Assembly (NCBI GenBank): GCA_964016885.1
Contig: OZ024740.1
Location: 304,296,001-304,360,000 of the forward strand
Source of the DNA: Eledone cirrhosa
Taxonomy: Eukaryota
Length of the DNA: 64,000 nucleotides
Direction: 5' to 3'
Each line of letters starts with the position of its first letter. Within the stretch, counting starts at the first letter, position 1. The notes beneath the pieces were generated by a model. That model was not told the origin of the DNA, searched no databases, and was given only the letters and a program-made list of their open reading frames with translations. Made by a program: the position numbers and the translations under genes. This document shows, in pieces, positions 44,173 through 56,460 of the stretch.

Positions 44173-44249
<77 letters not shown>

Positions 44250-44342
44250 TAATCGAGTATCAAAAAATCGGCGCACGAGTTCACGATAAACAAAATTCGA
44301 CATGAGTGGCAGAGGGCTCAATAATTCATCCTTTCGATGTCG

Positions 44343-44378
<36 letters not shown>

Positions 44379-45075
44379 ATATAAACGAAAATGTCTGGCT
44401 GTATCTGACAGGATCATTGTATGGATCTATCTGATTCTAGATCTGCAGGTTCTTCGGACATATGCAATACTTTCGGAACAAATTTTCTCACTGGGGTGTT
44501 AGCTTCAAAAAACATCTTCCTCTCTTGTCTTGCTATTGGCTGTTGTTTTTCTACGTCATCATAAATTCTGGTCAATATTTCCTGCCAAACTGGCCATCAG
44601 CTACACTCCATCCGATACACTTCAATGGACTCATGCTGGGTTTGGTATTTCACAAGTCCGCTCACACACACATATATACCCACACATACACACACATATA
44701 TACACACACACGCGCGCACACGTACATATATACGCATACACATATGTACACACACATATGTACGAATATACACCCACATACATATACATACACACCCTCG
44801 CTTACACACACACCCACGACCATATACATACCAATATACACGTCCACAGGCGCCTGCCTATATGACCTCGTACATCCGCTCTCACACGCATGCACACACA
44901 CACACACACACATGTACACGCATACAAGGACACATATCTGCATACGCGTACATTTGCTCATATATACAAATACGTACAGACATATACATAGACACACACA
45001 CGCACATATACACGCCTGTCCTTATAGAGAGGCACAAAGACAGACACGCTCCCAAAGACACATACACACATATAT

Positions 45076-45140
<65 letters not shown>

Positions 45141-45154
45141 TGTATATGCACACG

Positions 45155-45778
45155 GGCATAGGTTAAGTTTAACGTTCGAGAAAATGAAAGTAGATTTTCT
45201 GACAAGTGAATGTGTTTTTTTTTTTTTTTACAATGACAGTTACGATACACTGTTTGTTTATTTACAACAGGTCTCTATAGTGATATGGTGTTAATTAGTA
45301 CTGCGTGTGTGATTATTTTTTCTTTTTCTTTTTTTGTGTATTGTGTGTACGGAAAATGACATTGTGTGTTGAAAGAAATAAATTTTTTTTAAATAACTAC
45401 ATAGTTAGACGTTTGTTGCATATAACATATAAATTGACGTACCTTATCTGTATTTCAGCTATTTATACGGTCTAATAAGGATATTGATAAGGTACGTCAA
45501 TTTATATGTTATATGCAACAAACGTCTAACTATGTAGTTATTTAAAAAAAATTTATTTCTTTCAACACAATGTCATTTTCCGTACACACAATACACAAAA
45601 AAAGAAAAAGAAAAAATAATCACACACGCAATACTAATTAACACCATATCACTATAGAGATCTGTTGTAAATAAACAAACAGTGTATCATAACTGTCACT
45701 GTAAAAAAAAACAAAAAACACATTCACTTGTCAGAAAATCTACTTTCATTTTCTCGAACGTTAAACTTAACCTATGCC
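45155..45778. repeat. Long inverted repeat: arms 45155-45448 and 45486-45778, 37-nt spacer
   Basis: The arms are reverse complements with few differences. It lies between CA/TA microsatellite-rich tracts. Confidence 0.95.
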
Positions 45779-46230
45779 TGCACACGCACAAAACATACTC
45801 ACAAACAATTCCTACCCTATGTAGGTGCACATACACAGACCCCCCCCCCCCACACACACACGCACTGGCTCATATACATTTCAACAAATACGTACATCCA
45901 CAAAGACATATACACGCACACATGTATATATCTCTGTCCGTACACCAATGTGATATACTCACAGTCATATACATCTGCACAAAAGGTCATACATGGTCAT
46001 CTATGGAGGATGCATCCTGTTATACATGCACAAATATAAACCATGTAACCATATACATACATCCATACACATACATGCATGCATACATACACATATAAAT
46101 AAATAAATAAGTAAATAGAAAAATAAATAAATGTATATATATATATATATATACACACATATATATACACATATACACATACATATATACACATATACAC
46201 ACACACACATACACACATACATACGTATAT

Positions 46231-46263
<33 letters not shown>

Positions 46264-46473
46264 CACATCTGTACACACCCACACATCCCTACACATCTAT
46301 AAAAAAAACCTCCAATATACTAAGATATGTATCTAACATCGTACCTTAAAATATGTATCTTGTATTACACATGCACGGATATAAACATTATAATCATATA
46401 CATGCATCCATACACATTCACGTAACATATACATGTGTATATATACATATATATACACACATACCCCCACACC

Positions 46474-46526
<53 letters not shown>

Positions 46527-46529
<3 letters not shown>

Positions 46530-47341
46530 CATGTTCGATATGCACAAAAGGAACTGGCATAAATTCTATAAAATGCACACAATGCAGATCCTGGGTACAC
46601 AAGAGATGTAGTGCGATAGCAGGCAAACTAACAGGTAGGGAGAAATACATATGCAGTAGATGTACAGGGAAATTTGACAGTAGAAGTCGCATTGATAGAC
46701 ACATTTTTAAAATGCAGGCGGGTGCTATAGAAGTGGTGGATAGCTTCCGGTACCTAGGAGATCAGATTAGCATGGGAGGGGGGTTTTCCGAGGCCATAGT
46801 ATCTAGAATAAGGACAGGTTGGAAGAAGTTTAGGGAGCTGCTTCCTCTGCGTACGAAAGGCCGGTTATATGATACCTGTGTGAGGAGCGCGATGCTGCAT
46901 CGTTAGTGAGACATGGGCAGCAACTGCAGAGGATATGCGACGGCTGGAGAGAAATGAGGCAAGCATGCTCCGTTGGATGTGCAGTGTCAATGTGCGTGAA
47001 CGACCCAGCATGAATGTGTTGAGAGAGAAACTGTGTCTGAGAGGGATAGAATGTAGTGTGCGAGAGAGGAGACTGAGGTGGTGGTATGGACATGTGATGC
47101 GCATGGAGGATGACTGATGGGTGAAGAAGTGCCAGGAAATACCAGTTGAAGGAAGACGTGGTAGAGGTAGACCACGAAAAACATGGGCGGAGGTGGTGAG
47201 AACAGACCTCAGATCGCTGAAGCTCACGGTGGAGATGACGAAGGACCGTGACAAGTGGAGAGATGCTGTGCTGAATAAGATCCGTCCCACCCTTGCAAGC
47301 AGCGAAGAGCGGATGTAAAATGATGATGATGATGATGATGA
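46527..47341 (+). mobile_element. RTE LINE 3' end inserted in a (TA)n tract
   Basis: WPCSICTKG..WVHKRCS..VVDSFRYLGD..KGRLYDTCVRSAML..LRWWYGHVMR..GRPRKTW and a (GAT)n tail. (TA)n on both sides. Confidence 0.92.
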
Positions 47342-47440
47342 CATATATATATATATATATATAACGGAAGAAAAGTGGTAAGGAACCAGGTGGACCATAA
47401 CGCACCAAAGTACTCAATACTTAGGGTAGTAGAGTGGGTA

Positions 47441-47519
47441 ATAGGAACGAGTAGGACCCCGATGGCTGAGCTCAAGCCGTTTCGACGGCTTGAGCTCAGC
47501 CGTCGGGGTCCTACTCGTT

Positions 47520-47524
<5 letters not shown>
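47441..47524. repeat. Near-perfect 40-bp hairpin with a TTCG loop, inside a ~160-bp (TA)n-flanked insert
   Basis: 47441-47480 is the reverse complement of 47485-47524 except for one T/C difference. Confidence 0.95.
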
Positions 47525-47577
<53 letters not shown>

Positions 47578-47665
47578 TACACATATATATACACACACAC
47601 ACATATATATATATATAAACAAGTATGTTTTTATATATCTCTCTCTACATGCATGCACACACCCA

Positions 47666-47702
<37 letters not shown>

Positions 47703-47856
47703 TTATATATACATACACACATACGCTTACACATATACACACATATAAAAACAATAAAATAAATATACAATACATCCATACACATTCACGTAATATATAC
47801 ATATATATATACATACACATACATACACACACATACATATACACATATATATACAT

Positions 47857-47928
<72 letters not shown>

Positions 47929-48521
47929 GTACACATATATGTACATACATACACACACAGACATATATATATCTACATACACACACACACATGTACATAT
48001 ACATATGCACACGTCTATGCATATACACACATATAAAAACAATAAAATAAATTTACGATATATTAAAATACATTAAAATATGCATATAACGTCACATAGA
48101 GATATATAAAAAAAGAGGGGACGGTACATGTATTTGTGTGATATACCACACATGGGGAGTATGAGATGCACACTTAGGTCTGTGTATGGAACAAACAATA
48201 AGTGTTCCAAAGTGGAACATGTGGAGAGTATGTATTCCCGATTGAAGAGGTACACATTCATGGGGGCGCGTAGCCTGGTCACATTGGGGTATGTCACTGT
48301 GGATGAGGTGTGTTGTCCTATAGGTGCAGGGTACTTGACTGAACGACCGTGGAATCCGGGTCAGCCTGTCCCAGCACAGGCGATGTTCCTGCCTAAGTTG
48401 ACGTGTGTAGTCAGGTGTGCATCTTGGGTTATTTTGGTTTACCCCACGGGGCATATAATATCATCAGGGTATGGTGTCAGGTCCCTTAAACCCGTTTCGT
48501 CACTCAGGTCGGTGCATGCCC

Positions 48522-49190
48522 TTAGCCTGGGCTTCCCGGAGGATTCCATACGGCGAATGTGCACCTTCTTTGGTGTCTGCAGGTCATGATAATTTCAGAT
48601 TTCAGGTTGACCGCGTCATCCTTCAGTCTGACTATCTCCATGGCCTCGTATAGGCATAATCGGCACTTTCTACTTCCAGCTGAGTATGCATTCACATGCC
48701 GAACGATACTCCAGTCAAGGGCGTACGGGGTGCCTTGGTCTTTAGGTCCCACACCAGGTCTGCTAACCTAGTGGAGTGCCTCTTGCTTTGAAGGAGTTCG
48801 TTTGGTTATACATCCGCGATTTAAAGGTCGTGGATGTTGTGCCAATGTAGGTGCGCTTTATATTTTGGGTTCTAACCACACATTTGTATACCAAGTCTTT
48901 CGTCAGGCATTTTCCCTGTAGGGGGCACTGGGTGCCCGCTCTGCAGTTACATGTTCTGTTGTTACTTCGTTCGCTTCTGACACCTGGCCCTCGATCTGCT
49001 AGGGCCCTCTCACGATTCTCAGGGTGTTGTTCCACCGGCACGGTGATCTCCCCCACGGCACTCATTCCCTCCTGGCGTTGGATTGTACCACCTTCCGCGG
49101 GCGTGTCAGCCGCCTCGGGGGCCGGGTTGTTATTTGAAGGCCGGTCCCCGAAGGTTCCTCCACGCTCCGATAGACGGTCATTCTGCCGCC
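48522..49190 (-). pseudogene. GC-rich Penelope-like (Naiad-type) GIY-YIG endonuclease fragment, frameshifted
   Basis: CNCRAGTQCPLQGKCL..LVYKC..YIGTTSTTFKSRMYN, then frameshift to HSTRLADLVWDLK, then frameshift to WSIV..CRLCLYEA..NLKSEIIMTCRH. Same motif order as 61278-62125. Confidence 0.88.
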
Positions 49191-49204
49191 GCATATATAT
49201 ATGC

Positions 49205-49830
49205 ATGTAATGGAATTTCAGGCAGGTTAACTGAGAAAGTAGAGTTTGTATGCAGCAGATGCCAAAACGAAACAAGTAATAAGAGCATACTTGAAATAAA
49301 TTCTCTCAATTTTTTGGTGGTTCCCTATTTATTGATAATTTTTGTTACCTTGATGACCTAATCTGTTGTGGAAATGTGTGCTCAGAAAGCATAGTAGTTT
49401 TATAAAGAACAGGTTGGGATAAGCTCAAGAAACTATTATCACTGCTAACAACAAAGGACTTCTCTCTGAGAGTGAAGGGTAAGCTGTATGATGCTAATGT
49501 GCGAACTGTGATGCTACATGGCAGAGAAAGATGCTACTGCAGAAAGCCTGAAAGAAATGAAATAAGTGTACTCATGTGGATGCATGAGCAACATAGCATT
49601 AATGAGTGAAGCAAAAATTAGGCATAAGAAGAATTGGATGTAGTGTGCAAGAAAGAAAACTACATGTGACATGTATGGAAGATGACAGCTGTATAAAGAA
49701 ATGCAGGAAGACATGGGTTGAAGTGGTGGAAATTGTCCTCAGGAAGCTGAACCACACAATAGAAATAACAAGGGCCCTAATGATTGGCAACATGCAGTGC
49801 TAGTGATGACCTGCCCACTGGTATAATTAA
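49205..49830 (+). mobile_element. Old RTE LINE 3' fragment (related minus-strand pieces at ~29000-29640 and ~57720-57985)
   Basis: GWDKLKKLLSLLTTK..RVKGKLYD and KLGIRRIGCSVQER resemble 46527-47341. Confidence 0.7.
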
Positions 49831-51502
49831 TATGCCCAATTTGCCTCTATTAGTTCCATTCTTTCTCTGTTTACTGTACTATTCCTTATACATCTCTACT
49901 CCCTCCTCTCATCTATCTATTGCTATGTTTCACTCATCACTATTTCAGAGGTAATGAGGGCTGATCAATCAAATCAATGACCTCACAATTTCTTTAGAAG
50001 TAGTTGCATTAGGAAGGGCATCGTGCCATGAAAAAAAAACATACCAACAAACAAAGATTGAGATGTCTTTTCAGTTGTCAAGGACATAACAATACCCCTA
50101 GTGTTGGTACACTCAGTAGAATGATTGGCATTAAATAGGGCATCCAGCTGCAAAAACCAAGCCAAAACAAGCATATCTAAGCAACACATGCACCCTGCTC
50201 AATCCACCCACCCCTTGTGTAACTAGGAATTCAGAATATAGATATCTCTGCTAAAAAATCACTGCCGCAGTGTGAATATTTGGTTGGTTACATTGCATCC
50301 GCTAAATATCACTTTCCAGAGATCCCGGCCACCTGGCACACATGAGTCAACCAGAGAATACCCTCTCCATTCAAGGTTTTTAACAACTTGGACCAAATTT
50401 CATCCTCCCCAGAGGCCTTGTTGCACTTGAGCTCTTTAATTGCTCTAGTGACCTCATAGCTCCTAGATGCACTTTATATAAATAAAAAGATTTTGTTTTG
50501 ACTGGATTTAGGACATCAGCAAAGTATTCTCTCCTCAACTTGTGAAGCGAAGAGTCCCAGATACATTTTTGATAGTAGGCATGGAGGGACTTCTCACTTC
50601 AAAATCGGCAGATGGTCTGCCAAAATACTTTATTTGCTGATCTAAACTTGACCCCAAAGTCCTCCCATGTCTTAATTTTTCATGCCTGCTTGTACTGCAA
50701 GTGCAGGAAAGAGGACTTATTTCTAAGCCAAGCTTTGTAAGCCTCCTTCTTTGCTCCTTCACAGCTCCAGGACTATGTGCATGTAGTCAAACGTTTAAGG
50801 AAAGAATCACTGGATATATTTTACAGGCAAAACCCAACCAGCGGGAGACCCATGAGCTTGGCTTGTCTCACTTGGAGATCCAGCCGGATCAATTGCAGAT
50901 GGTTGCTTCTGACAGGACCCACTGGGAGGCGTGCTTGATGACTCTAACCCCACAACCCTCTCAGGAATAAGTAGACAAAGAAGAAGGTCTCCTAGATGGA
51001 TTAGAGAATCACATTGCTCAGATGTTTTAATTTTGATGTGACTTTTGAAGTTATCATCATCATCATTACCGTTTAACATCCATTTTTCCATGCTAGCATG
51101 GGTTAGACAAGTGGTCTTATTGTGAGAAAAGCTAGATCAGATGACCACGTCTTCCTCATACAGAACCATTTCTGGCTTGGTTTCTATGGCTGGATGCCTT
51201 TTCTAACGCCAACCACTTTTACAGTGTGGGCTGGGTACGTTTTGTCATGACATCTTCATGACAACTTTAGTGTGAGCTGGGTGCTTTTTGTTGTGACACC
51301 AACAGAACCACTTTACAGTGTGGACTGGGTACTTGTAGTTGTGGCACCAAAATGACCACTTTACAGTGTCAACTGGGGGTTGGGGTGGAGGAGGTTCATG
51401 CATGTAGTATGGGGATTGGAGAGGTAGGTCTAGGCAAGGGCACAGCTGGTGAAGGTGAAGTGTCACATAATTTATTTAAAAAAAAACGTTCATTATTTAT
51501 CA

Positions 51503-51714
51503 CGGTGGATTGGCAGTATCGGTAGAGGGCCGGACGCCATGCTTTGACGCATTGAGTTATGGCCCTTGCCATTCTGAGTTCAAATCCCGCCGAGGTTAAC
51601 TTTGCCTTTCATCCTTATGGGGTCGATAAAATAAAGTACCAGTCACGCACTGGGGTCGATTTAATCGACTTTCCCCTCCCCGCAAATTACTGGCCTTGTA
51701 CCTATAGAAGAAAC
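51503..51714 (+). mobile_element. Full-length tRNA-derived SINE with a 12-bp TSD (many degenerate copies, e.g. ~7995, ~11706, ~35150, ~38960)
   Basis: A-box-like TGGCAGTATCGG (51511) and B-box GAGTTCAAATC (51576). TSD CATTATTTATCA at 51491-51502 and 51715-51726. Confidence 0.88.
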
Positions 51715-53235
51715 CATTATTTATCAATAATAATACTTCATTAACAGTTGATTTCCCTGTGTACTCATGTTCTATTCATATAATACAGATATGTAAATGT
51801 ATATTTTTATGCATAAATAAATGAAAATATTGTGTGTTTTGCAGATGACAATGGAATACATGACAGTGTGAGGCATATTTCTGTGATGAAATTTCTGGTT
51901 CAAGAGATCACGTGTGGTGGAAGGCAGGTAGCTGAATTAAGTGCAAGAATTGCAGGAACTGGTGTAGTAATGTGCCTACATCAGAAGGGAGGTAGGTGTA
52001 AAAGCCAAACTTGCTATCTGCAATCTGGTATTCGTGCAAACCGTTATCTATGGTCATGAATCTTGGGTAATGACCAAAAGAATACAATCGCAAATACAAA
52101 TGGTTGAAATGGGGTTTCTCTGAAGGGTCTTTGGAGTAATGGTACTCGATAGAATACGTAGCTCAGAGATCAGAAAATCACTCCAGGTAGAGCCGCTACA
52201 TCTCTGAACTGAGATGGGATCAATTGGAAATAGTTGCTTCTGACAGGAACTGCTGGAAGGAGTGTTTGAGGACTCTGTGCACATGACCTTCTCAGGAGGG
52301 GGAGGAGGAGAAGGAGAAGAAGAAAAAGAAATAATTTCTTGGTTGATAGAAAGGGATATGTTTTGGTATAGAGATAATCACATTGTTAATCCTCATCTAG
52401 GTTCTTTACTAGCAAGTTAGAAGCTATTGGATACTGGACTAGAAGCATTGTAAGTTGGGCATTTGATGGGGTTTTAACAAAAGATAATACCTACTTCACA
52501 CATGAAACTAATGGTCACCTACTAAACTCAATGTATATTGTTATATAACTACTATATATATAGATATATATTATCATCATCATAATTGTTTAACATCTAT
52601 TTTCCATGCTAGCATGGGTAAGGTGTGCTGTCCTGTTGTGAGACATCCAGGTCAGAGGACAGTGTTTTGCTCACAGAGCTGATTTTGGCTTGGTTTAAAT
52701 GGCCTGAGTCCCTTCCAAGCGCCAACCACATTTACAGTGTGTACTGAGTGCTTTTTGTTGTAATACCTACATGACTGCTTCACAATGTGGGCTGGGTGCT
52801 TTTTATTGACATCTATATGACCATATTTACAGTGTGTACTATGTTTTTGTCGTGACACCTACACGACCACTTTACTGTGTGGGCTGGGTCTTTATGGTCG
52901 TGTCTTCAGGATGACTACTTTATGGTGTGGATTGAGGACTTGAGGGGACACACACACACATGGAGAAGTAAATATAGGGGTGGGGTGATTACAGCAAGGA
53001 AGTTGTATGGGAGGGGTGGTGGGAAAGAAGATGGTGCATATGGTAGTGGTTGTGGTGCTGGGGCAGGTCTTCTGTATTACTGCACATCGCAACCCTTGCA
53101 TACAAGCATGAAAGCTGGACGAGCTCTACATCTGATTTCCCACAATGCTGTTACCATGAGAAAATCACCCTAGTCCACCCAGTATGGTGGATGAGTCTTT
53201 GCAATATTGTGCAACATGTTACAAGGTGGCATTCA

Positions 53236-53459
53236 ACACCACCACCAACCACACCACTACCACCATCAACAACCACTATCAACACCACCACCACCACTAC
53301 AACGAACACTACCACCATCAACAACACTACCAAAACTACTATCAACATCACCATAACCGTAAACACCACCACCACAACCATCAACAACACCACCACGACC
53401 ATCAACAACACAACTACCAATACAACACCAACACCACTATGAACATCACCACCACCACC
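53236..53459. repeat. Degenerate (ACC/AAC)n trinucleotide repeat
   Basis: Directly visible. Confidence 0.9.
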
Positions 53460-53779
53460 TAGTTTGATGGAGGGTAACTGTTACACACTACAACAGAATG
53501 TTGATGTTAACCTCTGAAAGCACTCACAGCATTACCGCAAATGATAGAAAGTCCCTAGGTTACAGACTACGACGGAGAATGTTGGTGTTGCCCACTAAAA
53601 TTTCTAACAAAGCAGCATTTTCTCTGGGAATAGAGTTCCTCAATGACAAACTATGCTGAAATTTCTTGCATAGATAAAAAATAAATTTCAAGAAGACTAA
53701 GATCAGATATAAACAATAATTTAATTCAAACTAAAAATATAATTAATAAAATTACAAGCAATGTTTGGAGTCTGTAGAA

Positions 53780-54330
53780 CTGCTAAGGGTTTTCCTCATG
53801 ATGTTCATGGACAATAAGTTTAGATTTGTAAGAGGATGGGTGTCTCACATTTCACAATTACAATGTTTCCCTCCAATGTGTGCATATATTTATTTAACTT
53901 ACAGCTACTGACAAAAGTTTTCCCACTTACAGTGAACGTGTTTCTCTCTAGTGTGCATTCTTTTGTGGAGTTAAATAACTGGTACTGACAAAAGATGTCC
54001 ACCATATTTTGCAATGAAAGTGTTTCTCTCCAGTGTGTCTTTTGTGAACTAGAAAGTCGGTAATTTCAACAAATGTTTTTCCCACACATTTCATTGAGTG
54101 GGGTGTTCTCCAGTTTGACTATTAATCAACTAAGATTAGTTTTCAGTGAAAGGGTTTCTCTCCAGTGTGTTTGCTTGAGTCTATTTAAAACACTGCTACT
54201 GACAAAATATTTCCCATTTTTTTAACTAGGTGTGTTCTTTTGTGAATTTTGTGAACAAGATGACTAAAATTTTCAGCAAAACATTTCTTCAGTGAAACTG
54301 CCCTCCTTGTTGGACTGACATATCCATGGT
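53780..54330 (-). pseudogene. Fossil zinc-finger repeats downstream of the ZF stop codon
   Basis: Several degenerate CACACTGGAGAGAAAC(CC) (HTGEKP) linkers and GGGAAAA (GK) motifs on the - strand, with no long ORF. Confidence 0.7.
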
Positions 54331-54596
54331 TTGTAAATCTCATGTCCATACCATATAATCTTACATATTTGGAGTGAATACCCACAAAGAGGAAATTTGT
54401 TAGATACAACATACAAAGGTTCACTGAAAAAATCTTTTATTAAAAACTAAATAGAATTATCTCACTAATGTAAGATATAGTTATAGTTATAGTGTTTGAA
54501 GGTTGTTATTACAGTCTAATATCTTCTTTCCTATGTAGATACATTTATGGTTAAAAAGACAATAGTTTTATATAATGAGTTTTCACACTGATAATG

Positions 54597-56114
54597 TTAC
54601 ACTTCTGTATGAATACATACATGTTTAGTTAATTTGATTTTTAGAGAAAATGATTTACCACAGGTACCACAATGATGAGGTTTCTCTCCTGTATGTATAT
54701 ATCTGTGTTGAGCTAAGTGACTTGACTGAGAGAATGACTTACTACAGATATCACACTGATAAGGTTTCTCTCCTGTATGAACAGATTTGTGATGAGTTAA
54801 GTGATGTGACTGGGTGAATGATTTACCACAGATATCACAGTGATGAGGTTTCTCTCCTGTATGAATATATTTGTGTTGAGCTAAGTGATGTGACTGAGTG
54901 AATGATTTACCACAGATATCACATTGATGTGGTTTCTCTCCTGTATGAATATATTTGTGTGTAGTTAAGCGATGTGAAAGAGAGAATGATTTACCACAGA
55001 TATCACAGTGATGAGGTTTTTCTCCTGTATGAATATATTTGTGCTTAGCCAAGGTACTTGACTGAGAGAATGATTTACCACAGATATCACAGTGATGAGG
55101 CTTCTCACCTGTATGAATATATTTGTGTTTAGTCAAGTTACTCATCTTAGAGAATGATTTACCACAGATATCACAGTGATATGGTTTCTCTCCTGTATGA
55201 ATATATTTGTGGTGAGTTAAGTGATGTGACAGAGAGAATGATTTACCACAGATATCACAGTGATGAGGTTTCTCTCCTGTATGAATATATTTGTGTTTAG
55301 CCAAAGTATTTATCCTAGAGAATGATTTACCACAGATATCACAATGATGTGGTTTCTCTCCTGTATGAATATATTTGTGTTGAGTTAAGTGATGTGACTC
55401 AGAGAATGATTTACCACAGATATCACAGTGATGAGGCTTCTCTCTGGTATGAATATATTTGTGTTTAGTCAAGTTACTTATCCTAGAGAATGATTTACCG
55501 CAGATATCACAATAATATGGTTTCTCTCCTGTATGAATATATTTGTGGTGAGTTAAGTGATGTGACAGAGAGAATGATTTACCACAGATATCACAGTGAT
55601 GAGGTTTCTCTCCTGTATGAATATATTTGTGTTTAGCCAAGGTATTTATCCTAGAGAATGATTTACCACAGATATCACAATTATGTGGTTTCTCTCCTGT
55701 ATGAATATATTTGTGTTGAGTTAAGTGATGTGACTCAGAAAATGATTTACCACAGATATCACAGTGATGAGGTTTCTCTCCGGTATGAATATATTTATGT
55801 TTAGCCAAGTTACTTATCCTAGAGAATGATTTACCACAGATATCACAGTGATATGGTTTCTCTCCTGTATGAGTACGTAAGTGTGTAATTAGGTTACCTT
55901 TTAGAAGGAATGATTTACCACAGATATCACAGTGATGAAGTTTCTCTCCTGTATGAATAAGTTTATGTTTAGTTAAGTAAGCTGACTTAGAGAATGATTT
56001 AGCACAGATATCACAGTAGTATGATGATGTTCCTTTTCTCTTCGGCATCTCTGCAGGAAAAAAAATCAATCTTTTAAGTGCTTCTAATATTTTCTCAGAA
56101 TTCTTTTCCCACAT
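54597..56114 (-). CDS. C2H2 zinc-finger protein with 17 tandem fingers; no KRAB/BTB domain evident
   Basis: Open 505-aa frame with 17 CxxC-GKSF-x5-LxxHxxxH-TGEKP repeats. Alternative start at 56048 (MPKRKG). Confidence 0.93.
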   Translation of the reverse strand: MWEKNSEKILEALKRLIFFPAEMPKRKGTSSYYCDICAKSFSKSAYLTKHKLIHTGEKLHHCDICGKSFLLKGNLITHLRTHTGEKPYHCDICGKSFSRISNLAKHKYIHTGEKPHHCDICGKSFSESHHLTQHKYIHTGEKPHNCDICGKSFSRINTLAKHKYIHTGEKPHHCDICGKSFSLSHHLTHHKYIHTGEKPYYCDICGKSFSRISNLTKHKYIHTREKPHHCDICGKSFSESHHLTQHKYIHTGEKPHHCDICGKSFSRINTLAKHKYIHTGEKPHHCDICGKSFSLSHHLTHHKYIHTGEKPYHCDICGKSFSKMSNLTKHKYIHTGEKPHHCDICGKSFSQSSTLAKHKYIHTGEKPHHCDICGKSFSLSHRLTTHKYIHTGEKPHQCDICGKSFTQSHHLAQHKYIHTGEKPHHCDICGKSFTQSHHLTHHKSVHTGEKPYQCDICSKSFSQSSHLAQHRYIHTGEKPHHCGTCGKSFSLKIKLTKHVCIHTEV

Positions 56115-56460
56115 AAAATAAGGATATTTTTTCTTGATTTAGCTTTTACAGTTTATTCCTAACAAATGTTTCCAATGTCATATTTTCATCAACTGTGATC
56201 GTTGTTGACATCCAAAAATAAAGCAAATTCCTTTGTAAATTTACCCAAGTATACTAAGAATGCAATACATTCTTGTAGACTTTCCAGATAGTGAAGGAGG
56301 GAAATGTTTCTATGAACCTCAGTTCAGAGGAAATATTTCACTGTAACTCAACAAATATTTATATGAATTCTATGCAAAATCTTGCCTTTGCCTTTTAAAA
56401 GATGATATTGGTGATACCGCTGAAGTTAAAAATTCTCTTCTGTCAATGTCATGTGATATT

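Noticed and set aside
45449-45485. Hammerhead in the spacer of the 294-bp inverted repeat
   Set aside because: GAAA is present on the - strand but there is no CUGANGA.
44462-48076. Many long ORFs rich in Y/I/H/T/C/V (also at 6.8, 15.8, 18 and 53 kb)
   Set aside because: They are translations of (TA)n, (CA)n, (TC)n and (ACC)n repeats.
48092-48771. ORFs of 120-153 aa around the GC-rich element
   Set aside because: They are antisense or 3'-region frames of GC-rich Penelope sequence with no recognisable motifs.
51503-51600. tRNA gene
   Set aside because: The A/B boxes belong to a SINE head with a TSD; there is no cloverleaf.
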